A stretch of 64,000 bases of DNA from contig CM082589.2 of assembly GCA_040954595.2 (NCBI GenBank), positions 9,374,894 to 9,438,893 on the forward strand, given 5' to 3'. A program made the position numbers and the translations under genes. The stretch's first letter is position 1, and the number at the start of each line of letters is the position of its first letter. The notes under the pieces are model-generated. The model did no database searches, was not told where the DNA came from, and saw only the letters and a list, made by a program, of their open reading frames with translations. Origin of the DNA: Balanoglossus misakiensis (Eukaryota > Animalia > Hemichordata). Positions 49,932 to 63,910 of the stretch are shown piece by piece.

Positions 49932-51505
49932 GTAAGTTGTCATAATAATGTGTACAGTGAATATTTTGAAAACCAAGACTGGTACCTGTGGCACTTCTGG
50001 GAATTGTTATGTGGGGAAAAATAAAATCAGTTTTCTCAAAAAGGAGCTTTCTTGATGGTACAAATAACATTGGTCTGTGCCATTCCCAAAATTATTTTAA
50101 TGTATTGAAGACCTGAAAGTCACGCAGAATAAATTCAATGCACTATTTGCCCAACATGACAACTTTTCCCCACACAGAGTTTGATGTGGTGGGTATGGCC
50201 GCTTTGCCTCAAATCGGCCATACACACCACATCTATTAATATTCATGAGTTTACTTTTCTTGTTTACGTACACTACTATAACAATTGGAAATCTAGAGAA
50301 TGTCTATTTCATCAAGTTGACAACCCCCGCATGTGTAAGTCATGTACATAAACAAAAATAGTCTGGTGTGTGGAGCCTTCTCCCTTTTTACAGGAAGTAC
50401 TTTCGAAAATGTTTTATGCAATCAGTCCACACTCATGATCAGTTTTGTGTCAGAATTATAGTCCAAGTCACCTACCTAAGCATGCCATAGATATATTGAC
50501 GATACAAACATTGGGAACAAAAGGATTAAGGGAGGTGTGACTGGTCCAACTTGTTTAGTTTTAGTGTGGGGGAAAAGCTGGAATGAAAGCAGACCTAAAT
50601 TACAGACAAAGAAATACAACAAATCTTGTCTCATTCTTATTTTCAATTCCTCTAGTTTTTCCATGGTACCAGTGTGGAAGCACTGATGATAACCTCTGGC
50701 AGACAGTTTTAAATGACGACAATCATCTTACTCTTATGCACATGTGCGTTAATTTTATGTGTACAAAATAACTTCCAATCCAAATATTCTGCACAATTTT
50801 ATGTGCGTGCATTCATATAGTGGACTGCCTTCGCTTCCTTCTATATTTCTTGCACGCCATATAAGAAGAATTTAGTTTTGTCTCTTCTTTTCACTCAATT
50901 TGCTGTCTTTTCCTAATCTATGACACAGACTATGGTTGCCGCCACCTTGTCTGTTGTTAAGACAGCACTTGTGGCATAGATAACAATTTTGTAACTAGAG
51001 TCTCTGCTTTGGCAAATGTGCGTTAGACGAACAATACCCTTTAACAAAAGTCTGCTTAGAATTCAAATCATATTCTTTTCAAAATTTCTGCATGTGATTA
51101 CATAGTGAATTAAAGCTGCAAGCAGTGTTCACTGGGCCCAAGCAATTCCCAGGATTCCTACTAAATACCAAGGATTATCTGCTGTGGATACCCAAAATTT
51201 TGTCAAAAAGTTTGGTCCTAAACTGATCTATGTCCTACAAAATCTAAACTTCTAGATCTATTGGTGAGCCTAGAATTAGGAGTGTACATAATTCATTAGG
51301 TCAACGGGGGTCCTGAAACTAACCATCAAATTTTAGACACAGCCTAAATCAATGTCCCATTGTACAGTAACTAACTATATGCTGCCGTAAATGTCAGTCT
51401 GATTGACAAATGTGAACAATGTTAAAGAGAGCAGTCTCATGATACATTGCCACCTTCTGTGAAGTGACTTTTAAAGAAAACCGTTTTGTTTGCATTCAAC
51501 TGCAG

Positions 51506-51783
51506 CAGCAACAACAACCAGAACACAATCAACCATTCCACCACCAAAACAACAACCAGCAGCAACAAAACAAACATGGCAACAACAACAACAACAGCAG
51601 TTATCACAACAACAACAACAACAGCTGTAACTAGGACAACAGCCAAGGCCGCAACCAAAGGTACCTCAGATGGACTTGGCACCCAGCTTGCAACAAACAC
51701 AGCAACAATCAAGTAGTAGTCTGCTGGCTGATGACATGAGTCTTTTTGATATTCTGAATCAATATACTCATACAGGAAACTGA
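51506..51783 (+). pseudogene. MED25: MED25 terminal coding exon, disabled
   Basis: CTGCAG acceptor. Q-rich frame with an early frameshift and TAA at 51628, ending SSSLLADDMSLFDILNQYTHTGN*, like the acidic-hydrophobic MED25 C-terminus (human MEDDILMDLI, recalled). Confidence 0.7.
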
Positions 51784-51934
51784 CTATAATGAACAGGAGA
51801 CTGTTCATGCCTTCATTACCATTTTAACTTCTATATACTAAATGAAACCCAGATGCCCAAAGAAATGTCAGAAATTTCTCAAGGTATGCGGGAATTTTCA
51901 AATATTCCAGACAGTATATGGCCATTTCTTTCTG

Positions 51935-52260
51935 CTTCCAAAACGAGCATCTAGAGTCATGCATGCCACTGGCCCAATAAAGCCTGATAGCCCTTGCTGA
52001 GAATTGTAATGTTACTAGCATCTCCCTTTAAGTCACTCACATAAACTGATCAGTGGTGATTGCTTATAGTGAAGGCAAGGCTAATTTAAATTCAAAATGG
52101 TAACCATCCTTAATCACACATATGTATCATTTGACCAATCATTGGAAAAACAGAGTCTGTGATTGACTTCAAAGGGATGCTAATTACATCACAATTCCCA
52201 GCAAGGGGTTTCAGGCTTTATTGGGCCAGTGGCATGCATAGTTTCTGGAAGCAAAGCAGA
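51935..52260. mobile_element. Hairpin/MITE-like inverted repeat with ~90-bp arms
   Basis: ATGCATGCCACTGGCCCAATAAAGCCTGA...AGTCACTCACA pairs with TGTGATTGACT...TCAGGCTTTATTGGGCCAGTGGCATGCAT. Confidence 0.7.
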
Positions 52261-53373
52261 AAAAATACAGCTTTATACTAGACTAATATTTCATTAACGT
52301 CTGATCATTAAATTGGAGAACGTATCTCTAAAGTTGGTCTCTATCGCTCCCTCAGGGAAGAGAGCAATAGACAGAACTTTGAGTGACAGAACTTCCAGTT
52401 GTGTACTTATCATTTGTATTGCCCAATCACAGACATTGTATTATTGGTCATTTATCTGTCCAATTCTTGTGTTCAGTTGAGCATTACATCAACAAAGTTT
52501 CGCTTTAACAGTGACAATACAACACTTGCAAAAACATGGATTGCTCAGGTCAGCCTATATGGTTACAGATTACCTGTGAACCAACTAATCCAGTTATAAT
52601 GAATGTGTTTCGTTATATACAGAGAATTGTAGATTGTATGAGACGTGTTAATATTACACTCTAGCATGGGGCAATGTTCACACGTATATATTTATCATGT
52701 GAAAGCCACAAAGTCACCAGCTCTTCATGTTCATTTTCAGTTTTTTTGTTTTGTTTCATGGAATCATTTTATAGTAAAGGTCTGCTTGCTGATAATTGAA
52801 TTGAACTGAACTCACAAGATATGTGTGGACATAACATGTTAATACTTCCATGTCATTATTTCTGTTACTGCCAAACAATTAAATAACACCATAATGTCAA
52901 AAATAGCAACTTTGTCATTACTTTGAAGGGATACAGATCCAGGGTTAATGTTTCATTGGGGAGTCTAACAGTGTTTGAAAATGTCACATTGTCATTTGAA
53001 ATGTTGAGATTGGGCAGTGACAATGACATTGTTTGTGTACAGACTTTGCATGGAAATCTTTGAAAAATGAAAAGTGGTGCGTGGAAAAGAATGAAGTCTT
53101 TTGGGCTTATATCAGGTGCCTTCATTTGACTCTCAAGGAGAGTTTTGTAAAACAATTAACTTGTTGTGTGTCAGCATTATTGGGAAAGATTAAGCACACA
53201 CATGTGTATACAGGTTAGATTATAATGGAAAATCACCATCAGCCTTTTTCTTAGCACTCTCACCTTTCACCCCAAGTTCCCTGTGTAGACACCCAACTTT
53301 TCCAACAGAAACAATGGATTTGGACCGAACCATTAGTTCATTTGAATACCGGTATGTATGTAATATCTGTATT

Positions 53374-53497
53374 TATAACATACCTCATGCTAACACTGTG
53401 TTGTGATTCGCCAGAATCCGTCACATTATAAGAAAATAGAATCGACTATGAATTCCTCTGGGAACTAGCAGAAAATCTATAAACTGATCACGTGACC
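53374..53497 (+). mobile_element. Left-end fragment of the element at 36979-37335
   Basis: TATAACATACCTCATGCTAACACTGTG...GATTCGCCAGAATCCGTCAC...AATAGAATCGACTATGAA matches 36979-37100. Confidence 0.8.
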
Positions 53498-54399
53498 AAA
53501 GGGATATAAAAGAATCCCATACATATACTTTGTCAGTTCACCTCTGTAGCCAGACTGGCCATACGTATGAACTGATGATGTCCCTGTTATAGGCATATGT
53601 CTTGTGAAACTGTTAAACCATTTTGTTGTGTTTTGTGTTTGGTGAACGGCAACATCCGTGACAAGCATGGTAGAATCAAACTATTACATACACGTTAAGA
53701 AATATAGTCAATTATTAGGAAGTGACCATAGTTGCCAAACGATTAAAATCACATTTTTAATATCAATATTCACATGTCATTGCTTTCTACATTTCTAGAA
53801 TTTCCTAACATTTTTATGTTAACAAAAACAAGAGCCTTCCGTGACCACTTATTGACTTTTGAAAATATTTCATGTAATCAGCCATTCATTTTATGTTTGT
53901 GTAAAGAATGACACCCTGAGGCTGTTGAATCATGTATAGTGCTGAAGGGAAGGGGGGACACCACTCCTCAATTTCTTTCATTTTGCAAAAGATGCTAAGT
54001 TGGTTTATTTTTTTCCGGATATTGCTTATATTGTAATGAAAGTTTGGTATGTTATGCAGTTCTTAAGAAGAGCTTTTGACAAACATTTCAGTGTACTTTT
54101 AAGACTGCTAGAGTATGTAGATAGTGTATGCAGCGTTAGGAAGAAATATCTTTGATATTTTTATTCTAACAATTTTCCTATCATGATAAACAAGTAGACA
54201 GAGATATCATGTTAGGATTTTTGCATACATAAAATAAATATTCTGATAAAATGAGTGCTTTTGTCTGTCTCTTTGATTTCAGGTGAGGATCAGCCGCTCC
54301 AACAAATGGTCTGCTTACTTCCCTTTTTCATCTGATTAAAATCAAATGTAGTGTTAGGCGCTGGTGATGATTTTGGCTATTCTGTTCTCAGTTTTGGCT

Positions 54400-55900
54400 G
54401 TTCTCGGGTACATTAGCTGGGAACTACTGGTCAGATTGCTTTGAAAAGTGGTATGCACGTTTCTTATGCCAACATCATAGAGCTATATAAGTTCTAAGCT
54501 AATATCGTGAATTATCTACTTTTTATGAACGTTTTGTCGTTTAACACAATGGTAAAATATTTTCTATGAAAGTAATTGGCTGATTTCTTTAACATTTAGT
54601 ATAAAGCTTCCTATAGGTGTAATTGTTGCAAAGTTTGCACATTTGTAATTATGAGCCAAATTTTGCAATTTTGGGTCAAAAATCGTTTTCTCTGAAACCT
54701 CGCGCTTGTCAGATTGCTTTGGAAATTGGTAGGCATGTTCTCAGGGTTAAGCAATTGTAAGTTGTTTAAACATTTTGCTGAAATTTGCTTATTTGTGTTC
54801 TTGAGGTAACTGTTGTGATTTTCTCGTTGAAACCACTTGTCAGATTGCTTTGAACTTTGGTAAGCATGTTCCCATCGAAGTAAGATATTGTAAAATTTTG
54901 GTGATGTTTGCTTTTTTGTGTTTGGCAGTTTTGGGACAGTTTTTTAAAATTAGATCATATCTACTTTTTTGGTATTAGGTCATTAACAAAAAATTAAGTC
55001 ATAGAGTTGGTCACACATCCTACTTATAGCACAAGTGTGAGAATACGACCAGTTTGTGTCGCGTTATCTGCTTTCATTGAGGAATTACAGCGCCCGCAAG
55101 TAAGGTGTTAATGTCACATTTGTATTAGTATATTCCAGTGGGACCTTATGAGATTGGTTGCATCTGTATGGATGTATGGGAGTATGTCCATCCACATCAA
55201 AAACTTGAAGACCGCTACGCGTACAACCTCGATATTTGGTGTGTAGATGCATACCGGTTTGTAGATGGGAGTTTGTTCAAACGAAGTTGTCATAGCCAAA
55301 AATATGCAAATTTTCTGGGAAAACCTAAATTTGGTAAAAATTCAGAAAACTAACAACCCCTGGTCGTAATGATTCTGTATGTTTTGAGGTAATAGTGTGA
55401 ATTTTCTATTTTTTTGTGCAATTTTTGCCCTTTTCTACATTTTTGTTAACAAACTACCTTTCTGGAACTAATCAGCCCACCTCTTTGAAATTTAGTATGG
55501 AGCTTCATATATGATCTGACATATCAAAGTTTTGTTTAAATTGCTGCCAAATTTTTACATTTTTGATCATTTTTTAAATGTAAAATCGCTCATAAATTGC
55601 TTTGGAAATTTGCATGTATGTTTGTCAAATCAACTAGGAGAATTTAATATTATATTTTTGGGGTGATTTTTGCCATTTTTGGTCAAAACTCTTTCTCAGA
55701 ACCCTCTACCCTATTGCTTTGACATTTGATTTAAAGGATCCTGGGTGAGTTGTCATGATAATTTACAAAACCTATGATGAAAGTGTCAATGCTTTTTGTG
55801 GGCAATATCTTGTATTTTGTGGGGCATATTTTCCAATTTTGAAAAATAATATTTCCCAGTGTATTACTCTAAAATTTGAGTTAATTGTATTGGCTTCTTT
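54400..55900. repeat. Dispersed repeat built of degenerate subrepeats (also 58400-58780)
   Basis: Recurring TCAGATTGCTTTGAAATTTGGTA.GCATGTT motif. Confidence 0.55.
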
Positions 55901-56149
55901 AGAATTATAATGGAATTAAATTATAGGTAATTCGGAACTTTTATATTTTGTAGGATATTTTGCTGTTCATTTTGGTGCATGGACAGTGTTGGCCTGTCGA
56001 TTTATCTATGTTTAGGAAATTTGATCAAATTCAAACTTGAATTGCATTGAATCAATTTTAATTCCCGCCAAAAACACTTTATTGACTACAAACGTTTGTT
56101 TTGTTGGATGGGTAAAATTTAAGACCTCTCGACCAACGCAGAGTGAAGT

Positions 56150-58050
56150 TTAATACTTTTGAAGTTGTCAAAATCGACTAAACAGAGCGAGAAAAACGGC
56201 AATTTGCGCTGTCGGCACATTTCGTCTCCTGCCTCGAATTATCGACACCAGGACCCCCCTCCCCCCCAAAAAAAAATATATCAATTATGGTTCATCACAT
56301 AACTAGACTGTGCATCGTTCATGAAATCAAACTAGACGATGGACAAAACAGCAGAAAAACTTCGCCGATTCCGAGGTAAACCTATCCCGACAGGATAAGA
56401 ATTCCGCTATGTGACGTCATCTAATTTCCTTGCAATCATGGCTTGGTCGTTACTTCGGGAATGGCACATAATCTTCTCGCTTCGGCCTTTAATTTCCATG
56501 ACCCCGGTTGTTTCGGCCAAGACGCAAACTGATTCTTCACTTTGTAGTTCAGTAAAGTTGGCGAATGGGATAGTCTGTTAATGGTGAATGCAGGCCTGTA
56601 CGCAGTGCTAGCGAACGGGACTATTGACATAAAAAGCGAGCCTGGTGTCAGATTAGTGGGACTGTCATATCATGAACACAATACGGGAGGCGTGATAAAG
56701 GCATTATAAAGACCGAGCGTGAAACAGACATGGAAACGATCGACAGTACGGTACAGTGGCTGTGGGTAGAGCGAGCGTGTTGCTGTGCCGAACACATTTA
56801 CCATGTTTGTTAAATACAACCATGGACGTAAAAAGAGAAGGACTTCAGACTGCCTCTTAAGCCCATTCACACCTATTGTGTTCTCTTTGTCTATGCTGTC
56901 CTTTGATGTCTTTGGTGACTGTTGCTGCTGTATACGTACACAGTGACACACCCCCTCGGGTACTCTCAGCAGTACTCACGACAACTTGCTGTTTAAGTCA
57001 CAAAGAAGTGGTAAATTACTGTAAAATTATCACCATTTGTGTGTCTCGATGTAACGGAAATAAAGAAGTGAAAACAGAAAAAATCGACGCATATTTGACC
57101 AAATGGCGAACCGATCTTTATAAGCATGCTAAAAAACAAGACATTTTAAAATCACTCTCACTTTAAAAAGTTCAAGGGTCCTACGTCTAATTTTTGCATT
57201 TAGGAGGAGACGAAGCAATAAACTTTCAGAAAATGTGCGTCTTATATGCAGGAGCACATGGCCATTTTCGCTATCCACGTTCGGATTTTGCCAAATTTCG
57301 CGAAGTGCGGTTACTCTGTCGCCATAGGATTACACGTCCATGGTTTGAAATGCGCGGCTGTGGTAGAAAATTACCCACTGTTCTTTGGGGCGTGAGCCAC
57401 CCCCCTGAGACAATGGTGCACTCACACTCGAGAACATAGGTGCGCTATTTGCATATACAAATGGAATATTCCTTCGAATGCGAGCATGTTCCAGTGCGTT
57501 CTAAAGAAATAAAATATGCAGCTATAGCATGTATGCATATTCATTAGTGTGTCGTAATGCTAACTTTGGTCTGTGATTGGGTAACAAGTCCCACTCTCCA
57601 TAACAACAGGTGATCATTGACCCGTTTCCGGTGTGCGACGTCGGGTTTCAATCACTTTCCTTCTTACTGCCGCGGGATCAAGACGTCTTTTCGGTAGGCT
57701 CATAATCCAGTCGTTGCTTTTAGTACCATAGCCTATATAGCTACGTTACCGTCGCTCGATTGTTTTGTCTGGTATTAGGTGATTTGCAGCTATCCGTTCA
57801 ACACCTTGTAGTTGAACAGAAGTAGGTCTTATTCCAGAAAAAAAATCCGAGCTACGGGCGTGCAGCTAGCCATGCCTCTCGGCCATTCTGTGTATGGCTT
57901 CGCTGCTGACCAGGAGGTCATAATCGAGAAAGTCTAGTCATATTTATAGGGTTATACTCTGTGAGAATTTTATAGCTAGGCCTCTTGCCTAAGCGCGCGT
58001 AGGGCCATTGTTTGCATTTTTTTACGGTTTAAACTTGGTTGGTGTATTTT
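56150..58050. promoter_or_regulatory. CpG-rich promoter-like region
   Basis: Visible CpG enrichment; CRE TGACGTCA 56412-56419; ATTTGCAT ~57447; reverse CCAAT 57576-57580; ETS-like TTCCGG 57626-57631; pyrimidine tract 57655-57665 then G|GTAGGC at 57694. Confidence 0.35.
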
Positions 58051-60628
58051 CGCGTTTCTGTTTGTTTTGTTTTTTGTAACATTTTACTGTTTACATGTTG
58101 TTGGCGTATTTTCGCTTTTCTGGTGAGATTTCCACCTCACCGTTGATATACTTAAACAATTATCCTAATTTTTATTGGGCAAACCGAGAAAACCAAAACC
58201 ACCACAAGTAAAGAAAATTGTAATCTGTTTGGTGATAACCCTTTTAGCTTTGAGAGATAACCGATTTAATGTTTTAGTAAAACCAAATTTTTGACCAGGG
58301 TGACAAGCATTTTTTTCTCCAAGAGTCGTGTTGCTTTGAAGCATACATCTGGATATATGGTCCCAGTTTATGAAAACCTGGTTGATGAAAAATGTGCATA
58401 TTTATAATTTTGTACTATTTTTTGTCTTTTGTGGTCAAAAATTGTTTTATCTAAAACTGCTTGTCAGATTGCTTTCAAATTTGGCAGGGTTTTTCCTTGG
58501 GAATAATTAAGTGAGATGTTTTAGAAAAATACTTGAAATTTGCATATTTGCGTTTTGTGTGTGATAGTTGTGGAATTTTTCATCAAAAATTATTTTCTTT
58601 CAAACTGCATGTCAGATTGCCTTGAGCTTTGGTAGGCATGTTCCCTGAAGCGGTTGACGTAATATATTGTACAATTTTGGTGAAAATACTGATTTTTCTG
58701 AAACTGCATGTGGGATTGCTTTGAAATTTGATAGGAATATTGCAATGGGTAACCCAAGTTTTGTCTGATTGTGTTGATTTCCCTATACTGAGACTCGCCA
58801 AGTACACTATATGTTTTTATTACTAGGGAGTTCAGAATCCAATATGGCCGCCATACGAACTGGGACATACTGTGTAATCTGATTATTTTCTAAACTTGAC
58901 ATATTTTAATTTCTCGATCTCACAAATAAAAATGAAATGCCAAAAATTGAGTAACTTTCGTTTCTTCCTGCTTGTTGTCCGTTAAAGTCTTTTTCCTCCC
59001 ACTGGGAAAGTGGCTAGAGTCAATATGTGCATAATGGCAGCATTATATGGCACTGAATAAATGGCAGGGGTGTTTACATCTCCTAATTTGTTTTCACTTA
59101 AACCATTATAAATATCTAACAGTATATGATCATATTGTGTATGCAACTCGGAGATGCGTTTCACTTCAGGGTTGGAAGTTTGTTTAGTCAAGTCTGGGAA
59201 GTGACATGTCTTCAAAGTGACTGATGTTATCTGCTTAGAGCTGAATGCCCATGGGTGTTCTTTCCTAGAATACATTTTCTTTGCATTTCATAGACCTGTG
59301 TATAATTATAATTTCAGTTATATATTCTAATTTGCGTTTAGGTAGAGTATGCATGGAATTAAAATAATTATTCTGTAATTACCCAACAAAAATGTTTCTC
59401 TTACAATTGTCTAGCAAGTGGATATTTTGATTGTTAATTTGCACAGGCAACATTATGGAAGTAGCATTAAGAGTATTCGATAATATAGCAGACCTTCTAG
59501 CCAGAAAGAAGAGCTTAGAAGATTTATCAGCTCATAATATTCATTTAACCAATGAACTTTATATGAACTTGCACACCTGCCTTCAAGATACAGGAATTAA
59601 TGTTCAGGAAACCTTACCAGCTCTAGTACATTTATTTCAGCCAGAAATTGAATTACCAGAAAAAAAATCAGTAATGTTAGAAAGACACAGTCAGAAAATA
59701 AATGGAGAAAGCCAGCAAGGAAGGCAGAAAAGTGGAATACATGAAAGACACAGTTTGCTTAAACTACGTGTGTATGCAGTAAAAACTGTATGGTGCAAGG
59801 ACGTTCATTTTTATGATTTATAGCCAGCCAGTCTTTCCATGCATATCATACCAAAATTAATATGAAAATCGTGTTAATGTTAATAGACTACAAGGATAGT
59901 ACAGATACATGTAGAACGTACACTATCCAACTTTCTCCACTTTTGATATCTGCTCAACACAGGCAAGCAAAAGGGCCGATCTGAGAGTTTGACTTGAATG
60001 ATGGCAATTTTTGCTGTCCAGAAGTAACTGTATAAAATAATATTTGGTAGTAGTATAATTGCTCAAAATACACAAGAATTTAAATATTTCCACTCACTAA
60101 GTGATTGAACTGATTTTCAGCAAATTGCAGTGTATAAACAAATATTGCCATCTAATGAAATATCAATCCAATATGGCCGCCCATTTGCAATGGTAAAATG
60201 CTAGGTTTTTCCTTTTTTGAGCGCCTGGGAATTTAAATTATAATCCAGATATCAAAAACTTAAGTCACTATCTGTATCTGCACATATATTGTAATATATT
60301 CTTAAAATTTCGTTACAATTAGATCAACTATGATTGAGACACGGAACATCAAACATTGCAAAATTTCATATTTCCCATGGTGCCATGCAAAAAATAGAGA
60401 TTTTCTTTACAAGTTTAGATGATCTCCTGTAAAACTGAAAGAAGTATTCTTCTGTGAATCGTGCATAATTTTTTGAAAAATGTTGAAGATACTTGAGAAT
60501 ATCAGTATTTTTTGATGCTTTTGTACCTTGAAAACCAGTGAACCGATTTTGATAATTGTCTTTATTATAACCTACAAAGACCTATAAACATTTTTATCAG
60601 TAAAATAAACGGCCTTATATAATTTTAC

Positions 60629-61181
60629 TGGTCCAGCTGTTACAGAGACCACCGGCTATTTTATTATAAACTGGTGGTAGGTCAGTGAATGCCTCTGTCT
60701 GATTGGACTAATCAGCTTGTCATACTCGCATGTATTTTTACAGACAGTTTTTGGACAAAAATCAGCTGTGGTCCAGCTGTTACAGAGACCACCGGCTATT
60801 TTATTATAAACTGGTGGTAGGTCAGTGCATGCCTCTGTCTGATTGGACTAATTAGCTTGTCATACTCGCATGTATTTTTACAGACAGTTTTTGGACAAAA
60901 ATCAGCTGTGGTCCAGCTGTTACAGAGACCACCGGCTATTTTATTATAAACTGGTGGTAGGTCAGTGAATGCCTCTGTCTGATAGGACTAATTAGCTTGT
61001 CATACTCGCATGTATTTTACAGACAGTTTTTGGATAAAAATCAGTTGTGGTCCAGTTGTTACAGAGACCACCGACTATTTTATTATAAACTGGTGGTAGG
61101 TCAGTGAATGCCTCTGTCTGATTGGACTAATTAGCTTGTCATACTCACATGTATTTTACAGACAGTTTTTGGACAAAAATC
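60629..61181. repeat. 140-bp tandem repeat, 4 copies
   Basis: TGGTCCAG[C/T]TGTTACAGAGACCACC at 60629, 60769, 60909 and 61048. Confidence 0.95.
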
Positions 61182-62294
61182 TGTTTTTTTAGTGCTGCTT
61201 GTAAGATTGCAGTGACACATAACACTTGATTGGGCATGGTGATTTTTTTTATGTTTCCATAGTATTTGAATATTTTTGCCATATATGCTTCCAATGTCTC
61301 CCGCGATTTAATTTTGGTGAATACCTAAAATCTGTGTAATCCCCAAATGGCACAACAGTTTCCTATACGCTATGTTTTAAGAAGTTAATTATACATAGAT
61401 ATGCATCTTGTTAAAATGCACAACAGTCACGATTTTGTTCACGAGTTTTATTGCTGCCAGGACATAACCCAAATATTTTGATAATTTTGGCAATGACCTT
61501 TGAACTACTATCCCATGCCTTGGCATGTACAGCAGATACAGCCTTCAAATTTGGAGGACTGGAACACCTAATGAAGTACATGTATTAACTTTAACACAAT
61601 AATTATGTATATGAGCTATTTAAAGTTAACCAATAAAGCGTAGAAGTCTGGTTTTTGCTGGACACTTATCAGTTTGATATCAAAATTTGTTGGCACAAAT
61701 TTGCGTGACCTCTGGCTTACTTACCATTTCTCAGCATCCATAACAGATACAGCCTTTGCTTTCTGTTGGAACCATGCTAACCACTTTGGCTCCTACAATG
61801 CTGCTTATAGTTGGGTCTTCTTCATGGCGGCCATATTGGTTTTTTGGATAACCTTTAAAAGTTGACATTTTTTTCAAAAATTACAAGGCCAATCAAGTTC
61901 TAATTTACTGTCCGTTCCAATTTTTTTCAATAATATTGTTAGTAGTCATGTGAATTTGGATTAATTATAGATTTTTGAAAAATCTCATGAAAAATTTCCA
62001 AAGTCTTTTTTAATCAAGCTTTCAAGTGAATTGTGATTGCTTTAACCTTATTCGAGCCAAATTGGATTTTCTGAACACTGATGAAAAACAAAGATTTCCT
62101 ATTTCTAGCCTACTCATTGATAGCACACAAATTCCATTTTTGGATACAAGTCGGCATATGACTAGAATACGTTACATTTTTGGCAACTTTCACATGTTCT
62201 TTGATCCAGTTTTTTTTCAGAATTTGATTAAACAATTTGTTGGCCACTCTCACATGTCCTTTGATCCAGTAATTCTAGAACTTAATTTTATGTG

Positions 62295-63910
62295 GATATG
62301 CCTCTTGTTAAAAAGCACAACAGTCATAATTGTGTTCACATGAGTTTTATTGCTGCCAGGACATAACCCAAATATTTTGATAATTTTGGCAATGACCCTT
62401 GATCTACTTGGATATGTCTCTTGTTAAAAAGCACAACAGTCATGATTTTGTTCACATGAGTACTATTGCTGCCTGGACATAACCCAAATATTTTGATAAT
62501 TTTGGCAATGACCCTTGATCTACTTGGATATGTCTCTTGTAAAAAAACACAACAGTCATGATTTTGTTCACATGAGTACTATTGCTGCCTGGACATAACC
62601 CAAATATTTTGATAATTTTGGCAATGACCCTTGATCTACTTGGATATGTCTCTTGTTAAAAAGCACAACAGTCGTGATTTTGTTCACATGAGTACTACTG
62701 CTGCCAGGACATAACCAAAATATTTTGATAATTTTGGCAATGACCCTTGATCTACTTGGATATGCCTCTTGTAAAAAAACACAACAGTCATGATTTTGTT
62801 CACATGAGTACTATTGCTGCCTGGACATAACCCAAATATTTTGATAATTTTGGCAATGACCCTTGATCTACTTGGATATGCCTCTTGTTAAAAAGCACAA
62901 CAGTCGTGATTTTGTTCACATGAGTACTACTGCTGCCAGGACATAACCAAAATATTTTGATAATTTTGGCAATGACCCTTGATCTACTTGGATATGCCTC
63001 TTGTTAAAAAGCACAACAGTCATGAGTTTGTTCACATGAGTACTATTGCTGCCTGGACATAACCCAAATTATTTGATAATTTTGGCAATGACCCTTGATC
63101 TACTTGGATATGTCTCTTGTTAAAAAGCACAAGAGTCATGATTTTGTTCACATGAGTTTTATTGCTGCCAGGACATAACACAAATATTTTGATAATTTTG
63201 GCAATGACCCTTGATCTACTTTGATATGTCTCTTGTTAAAAAGCACATCAGTCATGATTTTGTTCACATGAGTTTTATTGCTGCCAGGACATAACCCAAA
63301 TGTTTTGATAATTTTGGCAATGGCCCTTGATCTACTTGGATATGTCTCTTGTTAAAAAGCACGACAGTCATGATTTTGTTCACATGAGTTTTATTGCTGC
63401 CAGGACATAACCCATATATTTTGATCATTTTGGCAATGACCCTTGATCTACTTGGATATGTCTCTTGTTAAAAAGCGCAACAGTCATGATTTTGCTCACA
63501 GGAGTTTTATTGCTGCCAGGATATAACCCAAATATTTGGATAATTTTGGCAATGACCCTTGATCTACTTGGATATGTCTCTTGTTAAAAAGCACAACAGT
63601 CATGATTTTGTTCATATGAATTTTATTGCTGCCAGGACATAACCCAAATATTTTGATAACTTTGGCAATGACTCTTGATCTACTTGGATATGTCTCTTGT
63701 TAAAAAGCACAACAGTCATGATTTTGTTCACACGAGTTTTATTGCTGCCAGGACATAACCCAAATATTTTGATAATTTTGGCCATGACCCTTGATCTACT
63801 TGGATATGTCTCTTGTTAAAAAGCACAACAGTCATGATTTTGTTCACATGAGTTTTATTGTTGCCAGGACATAACCCAAATATTTTGATAATTTTGGCCA
63901 TGATCTACTT
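62295..63910. repeat. 116-bp tandem repeat, ~14 copies
   Basis: GATATG[T/C]CTCTTGTTAAAAAGCACAACAGTC at 62295, 62411, 62527, 62643 and onward. Confidence 0.97.

Noticed and set aside
51437-51808. Thr-rich (+) and Val-rich (-) ORFs
   Set aside because: Alternative readings of the CAA repeats of the Q-rich MED25 terminal exon.
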